Positions 1-8,044 of a stretch of DNA of 18,078 nucleotides are shown here, one piece after another. The position numbers were made by a program, and so were the translations under genes. Positions within the stretch are counted from its first letter, which is position 1; each line of letters starts with the position of its first letter. Source of the stretch: an uncultured bacterium (GTDB lineage Bacteria; JAJVIF01; JAPKYR01). Location of the stretch: NCBI GenBank assembly GCA_965369865.1, contig CBDURU010000075.1, positions 1-18,078 of the forward strand, written 5' to 3'. The notes below the pieces were generated by a model, which did not search any database, was not told the DNA's origin, and saw nothing but the letters and a program-made list of their open reading frames with translations.

Positions 1-86
1 AACGATGATCTCGCAAAGCTTTAACGTACTCGGAAGCGAGTTTGGAGGGTTTCTAATTTTTTTCGTTCCCCGTGACAAACCTGCCC

Positions 87-237
87 TTAGCTTCCATCCC
101 GTGCCGTTAGCTTCCAGCTATCGGATCACCCGTGCCGACCGCTTCCAGCCGTCGATCGATCCACCACTGCCTGATCTTATGGTGACTCTTTCTCAAATCC
201 CCATTAGGTAGCCCGGAAATGCATTCCCGGGGTCTAC
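87..237. repeat. Degenerate REP-like short repeats and a GTAG-headed palindrome
   Basis: Recurring GCTTCCA (x3) and CCCGTGCCG (x2) at 87-150. GTAGCCCGGAAATGCATTCCCGGGGTCTAC at 208-237 is an imperfect palindrome starting with GTAG, as in GTAG-family REPs. Confidence 0.4.
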
Positions 238-336
238 TTCCTATTTTCCCAATATAAGGTATACTTATTATCAAAGCATGGTAATTCAGAAATATAATTT
301 TCGTTTAACAACGGGAAATTCAGGGAGGTAATACTA

Positions 337-2850
337 ATGATTTTATCACTGCGCAGTTTGTTTTTGATTTCGTTCATAGGGATATTCATATGCGGTTGCT
401 CCTCAAATTCCTCTCAACCAACATCTCCGGATAATCATGAATCTTCATCTGGACCGACACTCAGTGATGCAAGGGCAGCAAGTTCTTCCGGCACCACTCA
501 TTACCTCTTGCAGTACGGTTACATTTTCATCGACCTGGACCATCCTGATGGTCCACAGTTTGAGGTTATCCCGGTACGTCAGGGAGAAATTCATCTCAAT
601 ATTCTGAAGTTACTTGAAATTGCCCCTTGTGATGATTGCTTCATAGTCGTAGGATTCGATTTCCCCGAACCTGGCATTCTGAATGTCGATATTTTAATTG
701 AACACCCGATGACAGGCTTGGAATATTCAGTTTTCGATGTTCGATGCATTATGATGTTCAACGGGAGCCATGAGTTTCCAACATCCGGAAAGACAATTTC
801 CGATCCGGCTCTCGGCGATGGCATTCTGCTCGATCCTGACGGCTACACAGCCTTGTATAACGGATCAACTCTGGAAGCGCCAACTGGTGATTATCAAAAA
901 TATTTCCAGGGAGAACTGGCTACATGGTTAATCCCGGATTCTGATATCAATGGCTATAAATATTTCAAATCAAATGACCCATCGAATTATCGTAACGCGT
1001 TTTATGCCGGCTCTTCCGATGTACAGACTTTTTCACTGCAACTTCCACCCATAACCTGGGTGATCGGCTACGCGGTCGACGCGAGCTGGGAGCCGCCTGT
1101 ATCGACACCGGTCGATGACCCTCTGACAGATTTTGATCTAAACGCAAACTGCACCGAGCCATGGAAAGTTGTTGTAACTGAGCAAAAGATTGGCCCGGGT
1201 CTTACCGTATTTGGCGGACAAACGAAGCTTCTCATCGACATCTATGACTGGCAGGGGAAATCGACACATCATGCTCCGATAATTGAGTGCCCTGAAATTT
1301 TTAGTGGTTTTCTTATCGGAACTTGGGTCAGCGACGGGGCTGATTACACTCGATATGAAGTATCTGTTTCGAACGATAACAAGGCACCGGTCGGGGATTA
1401 CATATGCCTGGCCGGAGTCATAGCGATTGAAAATAATCCAGTGGAGACTCCATGGCTGGACTTGACTGCGTATCAGATATTCAGTCTGGTAGTTACATCA
1501 ACAGCTGGGGAGCTCATCTGGGTGAAGCGAGCTGGGAGTACTGAGGGAGATTATGGACATGGAGTCACGGCGCTTTCCGATGATTCAACGGTTGTGGTTG
1601 GAGGTTTCTCAAATTCATGTTCATTCGGGCAGAGTGAGCCAAATGAGACAGTTTTGAATTCAATGGGATCGGAAGATATTTTCATCGCACGGTATAATCC
1701 TGACGGGAGTCTTGTTTGGGTGAGGGGAGCAGGAGGTTCATCTTACGATAGACCCCTGGACGTCACTGCACTTTCTGATAATTCAACTGTGGTTACCGGA
1801 TTCTTCTACACTTCTACCATATTCGGTCAAGGTGAACCAAACGAAACTGTCCTGATTTCTAACGGAGCAAGTGATATATTCATCGCTCGGTACAATCCTG
1901 ATGGGAGCCTGGTATGGGCAAAACAAGCTAGTGGAGAAACTGCTAACTCTGGGATGAGTGTCACAGTACTTTCAGATGATTCACCGGTGGTTACTGGATA
2001 TTTCGGCACTACTGCCATATTCGGTCTGGGTGAAACAAACGAAACTGTCCTGATTTCTGCAGGAGATTGTGATATCTTCATCGCTCGGTACAATCCTGAT
2101 GGGAGCCTGGTATGGGCAAAACAAGCTGGTGGTATATTAATTGATCAAGGCTACGGTATCACTGCACTTACAAATGATTCAACTGTCGTGACTGGGTCCT
2201 TTGAGGGTTCAGCCACATTTGGCAAGGGTGAATCAAACGAGACAATTCTGAATTCGGCAGGAGATCTTGATATCTTTATCGTACGCTACAATCCGGACGG
2301 AAGCCTGGTATGGGCGAAGCAGGCAGGTGGTGAAGACAGGGATGCCGGTGATAGTATCACTACCCTTGCTGATAATTCGACAGTCATGGTTGGATATTTC
2401 AGCACTACTGCCATATTCGGTCTGGGTGAATCAAACGAGACCATTCTGGAATCGGCTGGAAATCGCGATGTTTTCATCGCTCGATACAATTCTGATGGAA
2501 TACTTGCATGGGCAAAACGTGCGGGTGGCATAGTGCGGGATTCTGCTTTTGGCATCGTTGCACTTTCTGATAATTCAACAGTCGTGACAGGGAGTGAAAA
2601 TTTCATCCCTCTTGAAAGTGGAGGTGTATTCATATCAAGGTACAATTCTGATGGAACCTTGGCATGGGTGAAGCAGGTCGATAGCAATCTGGCAGACGTT
2701 AGTCATGGTATTGCAGTACTTTCTGATGATTCAACTGTCGCAACCGGACTGTTCACAGATACGATTACTTTTGGCCAGGGTGAATCAAATGAAACAGTTC
2801 TGGAAACTAATGGATTTTGGGACATATTCATCGCGCGGTACGCGCCGTAG
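337..2850 (+). CDS. Lipoprotein: unrecognised conserved N-terminal module plus 7 beta-propeller-type repeats (SBBP/delta-60-like)
   Basis: 837-aa ORF with SD GGGAGGT just upstream of ATG 337. Signal peptide ends in ICGC-SS followed by a Ser/Pro linker. C-terminal ~66-aa repeats of the form W(A/V)K(Q/R)AGG..D.G..IT.L.D.STVVTG.F...FG.GE.NET.L...DIFIARYNPDGSL. The N-terminal region is clearly paralogous to the 11049-13511 product. Confidence 0.85.
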   Translation: MILSLRSLFLISFIGIFICGCSSNSSQPTSPDNHESSSGPTLSDARAASSSGTTHYLLQYGYIFIDLDHPDGPQFEVIPVRQGEIHLNILKLLEIAPCDDCFIVVGFDFPEPGILNVDILIEHPMTGLEYSVFDVRCIMMFNGSHEFPTSGKTISDPALGDGILLDPDGYTALYNGSTLEAPTGDYQKYFQGELATWLIPDSDINGYKYFKSNDPSNYRNAFYAGSSDVQTFSLQLPPITWVIGYAVDASWEPPVSTPVDDPLTDFDLNANCTEPWKVVVTEQKIGPGLTVFGGQTKLLIDIYDWQGKSTHHAPIIECPEIFSGFLIGTWVSDGADYTRYEVSVSNDNKAPVGDYICLAGVIAIENNPVETPWLDLTAYQIFSLVVTSTAGELIWVKRAGSTEGDYGHGVTALSDDSTVVVGGFSNSCSFGQSEPNETVLNSMGSEDIFIARYNPDGSLVWVRGAGGSSYDRPLDVTALSDNSTVVTGFFYTSTIFGQGEPNETVLISNGASDIFIARYNPDGSLVWAKQASGETANSGMSVTVLSDDSPVVTGYFGTTAIFGLGETNETVLISAGDCDIFIARYNPDGSLVWAKQAGGILIDQGYGITALTNDSTVVTGSFEGSATFGKGESNETILNSAGDLDIFIVRYNPDGSLVWAKQAGGEDRDAGDSITTLADNSTVMVGYFSTTAIFGLGESNETILESAGNRDVFIARYNSDGILAWAKRAGGIVRDSAFGIVALSDNSTVVTGSENFIPLESGGVFISRYNSDGTLAWVKQVDSNLADVSHGIAVLSDDSTVATGLFTDTITFGQGESNETVLETNGFWDIFIARYAP
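1519..2847 (+). repeat. Intragenic ~198-bp tandem repeats encoding propeller repeats
   Basis: About 1839-1934 and 2037-2132 are largely identical (AAACGAAACTGTCCTGATTTCT...TTCATCGCTCGGTACAATCCTGATGGGAGCCTGGTATGGGCAAAACAAGCT). Seven repeats, the sixth shortened. Confidence 0.85.
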
Positions 2851-2910
2851 GAAACATTTGCCGGGACCAATCAATCACATCTTTTACAGGTTCAATATTC
2901 CCTGGGTGCC

Positions 2911-2945
2911 GTTCACAAGCGGAGCCTAAAGCGGAGCTTGTGGAC
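2911..2945. terminator. Stem-loop downstream of the 337-2850 gene (possible terminator or repeat remnant)
   Basis: GTTCACAAGC ... GCTTGTGGAC forms a 10-bp stem with one GU pair. No clear U-tract follows. Confidence 0.3.
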
Positions 2946-3013
2946 GAACGATATTCCCTCAATTACCTGTATCTGATCTTCTAATAGACCCACATCTATT
3001 TGATGTAGGTAGC

Positions 3014-3060
3014 TGTATCAGAGCCGCGAATGTATCAGAGCCGCGAATGTAACTGAGCGG
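3014..3060 (+). repeat. REP-like element with a 17-bp tandem duplication
   Basis: TGTATCAGAGCCGCGAA x2 followed by TGTAACTGAGCGG. Resembles the CAGAGCCACGACCGTCAGGGAGTG core at 9789-9995. Confidence 0.65.
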
Positions 3061-3122
3061 TCTGCCAGCCTCCGTACATTCTCATCACCCCCAAAAAAAT
3101 CCCCTTTTTTCTATGTCTACTC

Positions 3123-3151
3123 TTGACAAATTACCAACTTTGTGCTATATT
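3123..3151 (+). promoter_or_regulatory. Sigma70-type promoter with extended -10
   Basis: TTGACA (3123-3128), 17-nt spacer, TATATT (3146-3151), with TG at 3143-3144. Predicted TSS ~3158. No convincing CDS follows. Confidence 0.75.
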
Positions 3152-3196
3152 ATGCTCGGAGGTAATTATCCACCACTGCGGGGAACAACCTCCATC

Positions 3197-3391
3197 GGAT
3201 CCCGGCGCTTGGATTAACCAGCTCGTTGAAGCTGAGCGCAGTTACCGGCTCGACATCCGCCATGGCTTTATCAACGGCGGATAGTGCTCTGCACACAGAG
3301 AAAGGCTGTCTTCTCAGTCGATGCCGGGCAGTCCCACGATCCCTTGTGGATCGTAACCAGCTTCGTATGATCTTTTCACGCGCCGGGATCC
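3197..3391 (+). ncRNA. Structured ~195-nt RNA, best guess 6S RNA
   Basis: Perfect 12-bp closing stem GGATCCCGGCGC/GCGCCGGGATCC. Nested stems GAUUA/UGAUC, GAAGCUG/CAGCUUC and CCGGC-UCGAC/GUCGA-U-GCCGG. Central bubble with a 3'-side hairpin ACGAUCC/GGAUCGU and apical hairpins AUCCGCC/GGCGGAU and CUCUG/CAGAG. Near-consensus promoter upstream; size and topology fit 6S RNA. Confidence 0.6.
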
Positions 3392-3623
3392 ACAAAAAAA
3401 ATAATCGAGGAGGAATGAAAGAAGGAAAGAAAAAAGAACGATGTAAGAAAAATAAGATGTGGCAATTTCTTAGCGGGACTATATCATTTATCCTTTCTGG
3501 TTAATCATAACCACACTCCCACCCTGCGCTTTTGCAGGAGTACCGGATTGATTTTTTCGAGGGATATCATCAGCAGCCCCAGGCCCTCCCTTGGCATATA
3601 AGAACCTGTCTAATCGTAATCCC

Positions 3624-3815
3624 TTAATTTCGGTCTGGTTCTTTAACCGCTCTAATCGTTTTTAAATAATACCAGGCTATTAAGTAAAGACACACAAAAC
3701 CGGGCCAGTACGTCCTTATCCCAAACTGGAAACCCATCGCGAATTTCAATATGAGAAATAACACTACCGCTACGATTGTTAACACTGCTGCAAAAAAATG
3801 AGGGGATTTAAGCAT
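3624..3815 (-). CDS. Small membrane protein (2 predicted TM helices), likely co-transcribed with hemW
   Basis: 63 aa with two hydrophobic stretches (FFAAVLTIVAVVLFLILKFAM; YWPGFVCLYLIAWYYL) and a charged tail. Starts 16 nt after the hemW stop. Confidence 0.6.
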   Translation of the reverse strand: MLKSPHFFAAVLTIVAVVLFLILKFAMGFQFGIRTYWPGFVCLYLIAWYYLKTIRAVKEPDRN

Positions 3816-3831
3816 TCCGGGTGTATCCAGA

Positions 3832-4983
3832 CTAAAGGATCATGTCGCTGAATATTGTATTCGATACAAAATAAGCTCTGTTGGTGAGCCGGATGGTGTC
3901 ATCGTCAACTTCAAGATATCCCTGCTCCTTGTATTTAATCAGGGCTTCCCCGACGAGGTCGGTGATTTTTATGCCGAACCGGTTCTCGATTCCACTTCGC
4001 TTGATCCCTCCCGATAATCTCAAGCCCATCACAAGCGCTTCAGCCGCGGCTCGATTTGTCGAAAGGTTCTCCACAAACTGGATTGTATTTTTTCTTTCCT
4101 GCAGCGTGTCCAGGTATCTGTCGACATCTGTGATCCGCTTGTACCGCGCACCATTGATGTAACTGGTCGCACCCGGCCCGAATCCGACATATTCCCTGCC
4201 GGACCAGTAAGATATATTATGGCGGCATTGAAATCCCGGCTTTGCGAAATTGCTTATCTCGTACTGCTCGAATCCGGCGTCCGTAAATTTCTGACGGGCA
4301 AAATCGTACACCTCCGCCTGTGAATCGCCATCCGGGGTTTCAAGCTCGCGTAACTGAGCATTCGAAAGGCAGCCCATGCGACTATCCGGTTCGATGGTCA
4401 GGCCATACAGGCTGATATGTTCGGGATTGAATTCAAGGGTTTCATTGAGCGATTTTTCAAAAATTGCAGTGTCCTGTTTGGGTAAGCCATGAATTAAATC
4501 GATGCTTATATTTTCACAGCCTAAGGACCGGGCAGCATTAAGGAATTCCCGAGCGTCGTCCGCGGTATGAAGGCGTCCGATAATGTCAAGTTCATGATCG
4601 TTGAATGACTGCACACCGACCGAAAAACGATTAACCCCATTTTCCAGAAGGACGGGAATTTTCGGCAGATCGTCCACATGCGGGTTCACCTCAAAAGTGA
4701 TCTCGGTTACATCCGGGGCCAGGTCATGGATCATATCCAGGAGAAGCCGGATATCTCCCTCGAAAAGAATTGACGGCGTGCCACCGCCCACATAAACCGT
4801 ATCAATTGTGTATTTTGGATTAATTAAAAAAAAGCTCTTTGTTTCGCGGCATAAATTTTCGATATACCTGGTTTGGGTGGTATGACCGGCGGGTCGGGTA
4901 GGAAAGGCGCAGTAGAGACATCGCGCTCTGCAGAAAGGAATATGAAGGTAAAGAGCTATCGAACGGTCCGGTTTCCCATCCAT
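3832..4983 (-). CDS. hemW: Radical SAM heme chaperone HemW (HemN-like)
   Basis: YLHIPFCRARCLYC (CxxxCxxC), YVGGGTPS, GVQSF, YEISNFAKPG and HNISYW (HNxxYW, typical of HemW). 383 aa, lacking the HemN N-terminal extension. Confidence 0.9.
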   Translation of the reverse strand: MDGKPDRSIALYLHIPFCRARCLYCAFPTRPAGHTTQTRYIENLCRETKSFFLINPKYTIDTVYVGGGTPSILFEGDIRLLLDMIHDLAPDVTEITFEVNPHVDDLPKIPVLLENGVNRFSVGVQSFNDHELDIIGRLHTADDAREFLNAARSLGCENISIDLIHGLPKQDTAIFEKSLNETLEFNPEHISLYGLTIEPDSRMGCLSNAQLRELETPDGDSQAEVYDFARQKFTDAGFEQYEISNFAKPGFQCRHNISYWSGREYVGFGPGATSYINGARYKRITDVDRYLDTLQERKNTIQFVENLSTNRAAAEALVMGLRLSGGIKRSGIENRFGIKITDLVGEALIKYKEQGYLEVDDDTIRLTNRAYFVSNTIFSDMIL

Positions 4984-5108
4984 AAAGTAATCCTTCCCAC
5001 TCCTGTCCGTGAATTAATTAAAGAATTGTGGCAAAAATGAGCGGGAAGGTCAAATATTTTAAAGGAAATGAGTTTTCAAACCTACAGAACTTTGGCGTAT
5101 GGTTAAAG

Positions 5109-5134
5109 AAAAATCCCGCGATTGCCCGCGGGAT
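5109..5134 (-). terminator. Intrinsic terminator after pilB
   Basis: 8-bp stem ATCCCGCG/CGCGGGAT followed by a T-run on the minus strand, ~50 nt after the stop. Confidence 0.65.
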
Positions 5135-5181
5135 GTGAATTCTTATTGATGAAATGGTATCTCGATATTTCATTTCGAAAC

Positions 5182-6984
5182 TTAGATAGCATATAGTTCT
5201 TCGGGCAGTTCGTCCAGAAGACCCGGCCGTTCTTCCCCTTCCTTAGTCAATGATGCTGAGTCCTCATCCTCTTCCGGCCTTGCTACTCGGAACAATTCTT
5301 CGAGGCTCGTGATGCCACGGAACACTTTCATCACGCCGGCCTCAAACAAAGTGTTCATACCTTCCTGACGAGCGGCACGTTTGATGTCCTGAACTGAGGC
5401 ATTCGCCATAATCATGTTACGAATCTCCCGGCTCATCTGTAAAATCTCAGAGATAGCCGTTCGGCCGGAATATCCGTAATTATGGCAAAGCTCGCATCCA
5501 CCGGTCTTGTAGAGTTTAACCTTAGCCGGGTCCTTGTCAGCTCCAAGGTATTGGGTGATAAGCTCAATCTCATGGTCAGGTGGAGTATACAGTTTGCGGC
5601 AGTTCTTGCAGAGCGTTCTGATCAATCGCTGGGCGACCATCGCGTTGACCGATGCGACGATCAGGAATCGATCTACACCCATATTGTGGAGTCGAATAAG
5701 GCCCCCGGCTGCGTCGTTCGTGTGGAGGGTTGAGAATACGAGGTGACCGGTCAGTGCCGCGTTAATCGCAAGGTCAGCGGTCTCACGGTCTCGGGTTTCA
5801 CCGACCATTATGACGTCCGGGTCCTGGCGCAGGATTGTTCTCAGGGCTTCGGCGAACGAGAAGTCCACTTTCCTGTTGACCTGCACCTGGTTAATTGAGT
5901 TGAGCTGGTACTCGATCGGATCCTCAATAGTCACAACGTTGATTCTTTCGTTAGCGATTGTGGCGAGTGAGGCGATCAGTGTCGTGGATTTTCCTGAACC
6001 GGTAGGACCTGTGAGGTAAATAATCCCGTGGGGTTGAGTGATGATATCTTTCCATACTTCGAGGTGCATTTTTTCGAAACCCAGTTGCTCCAGAGTTGCA
6101 TGGGCCATCTCTTTACTTAATAACCTCATAACGATCTTCTCACCATACATAGTGGGAAGAGTCGAGAAGCGAATATCGAATGTTGCGTTTTGGACCTTGA
6201 GGTCGATACGACCATCCATCGGACGTCTTCTTTCGGATGTGTCCAGTCCCGCCAGGATCTTGAGACGGGCGATAACCGCTGCCTGCGCGGCCTTGGGGAC
6301 GGTCATGACCCTGTGAAGCATGCCATCGACACGGTACCTTACATACAGCTTGTCCTCCTTCGGTTCAAGGTGGACATCGGATGCACCCTGGTCAACCGCT
6401 CCTTCCAGGATAGCCTCTACGAAACGGACGATTGGCGCGTCCTCGAGTTCGGTCAGCGTTGCGGTTTGTTTCAGCATCTCCTTGATGGTGTTACCATCTT
6501 TCATCATTTCCCTGCGCCATTCGTCCAGATGCTTCGTTGCTTCGTGCGATACGCCAAACATTTCCTGGAAACGCATTTCGAGAGCTTTCTTGCTGCAGAT
6601 GTAGGGCCTGACGTCATACCCTGTGGCAAGCCTTATATCATCGATAGCCATCAGGTTTAATGGATCGACCATCGCGACAATAAGATCGTTTCCTTCAAGA
6701 CTAACAGGGAGAGCCTGGTGACGCTTAATTATTTCAGGGTCAATAAGCGAGGCCAGCTCGGGATCCGGCGCAATTTCACTAAGGTCAATCTTGGGGATTC
6801 CCAGTTGCTTTGAAAGAGCGTCCAGAATCTGGGTCTCAAGAACAGCCTCCATCTCCTGGAGGACTTCTCCAATCCTTTTACCCGATGATCGAGATTTCGC
6901 CAGGGCTTCTTCCAGTTTCGCAGGTGAAAGAATTCCCTCTTCAATAAGCAAGTCGCCCAGGCGCTTCATGCCCGGTCTACCCAT
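5182..6984 (-). CDS. pilB: Type IV pilus/T2SS assembly ATPase PilB/GspE with MshEN-like N-terminal domain
   Basis: Walker A GPTGSGKST, TIEDPIEY, LRQDPDVIMVGETRD, TGHLVFSTLHTN and Zn site CKNC...CELC. N-terminal RLGDLLIEEGIL...RIGEVL. ATG 6984 is preferred over GTG 6993 because SD GGAGGAGGTG ends 6 nt upstream of it. Confidence 0.88.
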   Translation of the reverse strand: MGRPGMKRLGDLLIEEGILSPAKLEEALAKSRSSGKRIGEVLQEMEAVLETQILDALSKQLGIPKIDLSEIAPDPELASLIDPEIIKRHQALPVSLEGNDLIVAMVDPLNLMAIDDIRLATGYDVRPYICSKKALEMRFQEMFGVSHEATKHLDEWRREMMKDGNTIKEMLKQTATLTELEDAPIVRFVEAILEGAVDQGASDVHLEPKEDKLYVRYRVDGMLHRVMTVPKAAQAAVIARLKILAGLDTSERRRPMDGRIDLKVQNATFDIRFSTLPTMYGEKIVMRLLSKEMAHATLEQLGFEKMHLEVWKDIITQPHGIIYLTGPTGSGKSTTLIASLATIANERINVVTIEDPIEYQLNSINQVQVNRKVDFSFAEALRTILRQDPDVIMVGETRDRETADLAINAALTGHLVFSTLHTNDAAGGLIRLHNMGVDRFLIVASVNAMVAQRLIRTLCKNCRKLYTPPDHEIELITQYLGADKDPAKVKLYKTGGCELCHNYGYSGRTAISEILQMSREIRNMIMANASVQDIKRAARQEGMNTLFEAGVMKVFRGITSLEELFRVARPEEDEDSASLTKEGEERPGLLDELPEELYAI

Positions 6985-7259
6985 AAAACTCACCTCCTCC
7001 GGCTACCGACGGGTAAACCATACCCGTGGACCGGAGTATACGCCAAACACCACGACCACAGTCGCTGGGGTGGCGCACAGTTGTTGTCAATATTTTCCAA
7101 ACGGGAGTTTCGGTCCCATTTATATTCACTTTCAACACACACTTTATTATCGGTGCGGTTATTACCAGGTTTAATAATAAAGGTAAAGCTTAAATCAGCC
7201 ATAATTTTTTAGGCATTAAAAAATACTTCGGACGCCAGCCTTGGACGCCGAACCTCTAA

Positions 7260-7289
7260 TGTATAGCACATCTCCGGATTTTGTGTCAA
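7260..7289 (-). promoter_or_regulatory. Candidate sigma70 promoter for pilB
   Basis: Minus strand TTGACA, 18-nt spacer, TATACA, preceded by TG. Has the same TGTGCTATA context as the 3123 promoter. Confidence 0.45.
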
Positions 7290-7584
7290 ACGATAAAACG
7301 ATTTTCAGTCTCTCTCTATTTCCTGATTTGGCACTGATCTTATGATTCGGAGCATGGCCCGAAGGTTCAGGATGCTGAAATTATTTTGAATTAAAATCAC
7401 CTGGATAAATCGTAAGAACCCGGATGGTGATTTTTTATTTCAACCGGGATGGTTGTGAACCATTTTCATTGGCCTGTAGTCGTTAATGTTATTGAAAGCC
7501 GGATTTCGATTCATGGGTACAGGATTTTACATTATCTGGCAAGTTTTGGGTAACTGTAATTTATTGTACTGACCAGCCGGGGTA

Positions 7585-7613
7585 TTGATTTTATTTATTT
7601 AACGTGATATTAT
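7585..7613 (+). promoter_or_regulatory. Candidate sigma70 promoter for the OmpM-like gene
   Basis: TTGATT, 17-nt spacer, TATTAT, with TG at 7605-7606. The region is AT-rich, so a chance match is possible. Confidence 0.4.
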
Positions 7614-7851
7614 TTCTGCATAATCCCGGCGGTAAAAAAAGTATTAACCGGGGTTTATCGTATTTAGTAAGATTTATAGTAGAAGTCCTGTTTTTGGGTT
7701 TACAAAGGGACTATAAGAATTGATATTATAAATGTTTCCAAAATCCCTTGTATTACCCATATAAGAGTGATGCAGGTATTTTTTCTGTAACCTGAACCTT
7801 GTATATAAGACAGTCAAAGCCTATGGGATGAGAGAAAGGAGGAACCTTGGT

Positions 7852-8004
7852 TTGACCCCACTGGCGATTGTCTTGAAAGATAAAGGGCTGATACAGTCCA
7901 TTGTGGAAGAGTGGCGACGTGTAGACGAGGATCGGGAGAAGGAAACTAGGAAACTTCCTCCAGTATTCTTATTTACGCGAATACCCTCCAAAACAAGAAA
8001 CTGA
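7852..8004 (+). CDS. Putative 50-aa small protein/leader peptide (MTPLAIVLKDKGLIQSIVEEWRRVDEDREKETRKLPPVFLFTRIPSKTRN)
   Basis: SD AAGGAGG at 7836-7842, 9 nt before TTG 7852. In-frame ATG also at 7828. TGA at 8002-8004, 40 nt before the next ATG. Below the ORF-track length cutoff. Confidence 0.4.
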   Translation: MTPLAIVLKDKGLIQSIVEEWRRVDEDREKETRKLPPVFLFTRIPSKTRN

Positions 8005-8044
8005 GTCAGCCTGAAAGCATCTTCCCAAAACCAAGGAGGAAGTA

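Noticed and set aside
5..211. 68-aa ORF
   Set aside because: Runs through REP-like repeats with no recognisable features. Bases 1-24 may instead be the end of an upstream gene (..NDDLAKL*), but this is too short to support.
3169..3184. Permuted tmRNA or tRNA end (TCCACCA...GGGG)
   Set aside because: No T-loop (GTTCRA), no acceptor stem and no tag reading frame.
3197..3391. Retron msr-msd or MITE suggested by the 12-bp terminal inverted repeat
   Set aside because: No RT nearby and no target-site duplication. The dedicated promoter and nested helices fit a stand-alone ncRNA better, though a MITE is not fully excluded.
3150..3504. ORFs 3150-3395 (-), 3226-3504 (+) and the short MKEGKKK... ORF at 3415
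   Set aside because: The first two overlap the structured RNA and lack protein-like features. For ATG 3415, the GGAGG is only 1 nt upstream and the peptide is low-complexity.
7330..7345. Sigma54 promoter (TGGCAC-N5-TTAT)
   Set aside because: The -12 element lacks the required GC.
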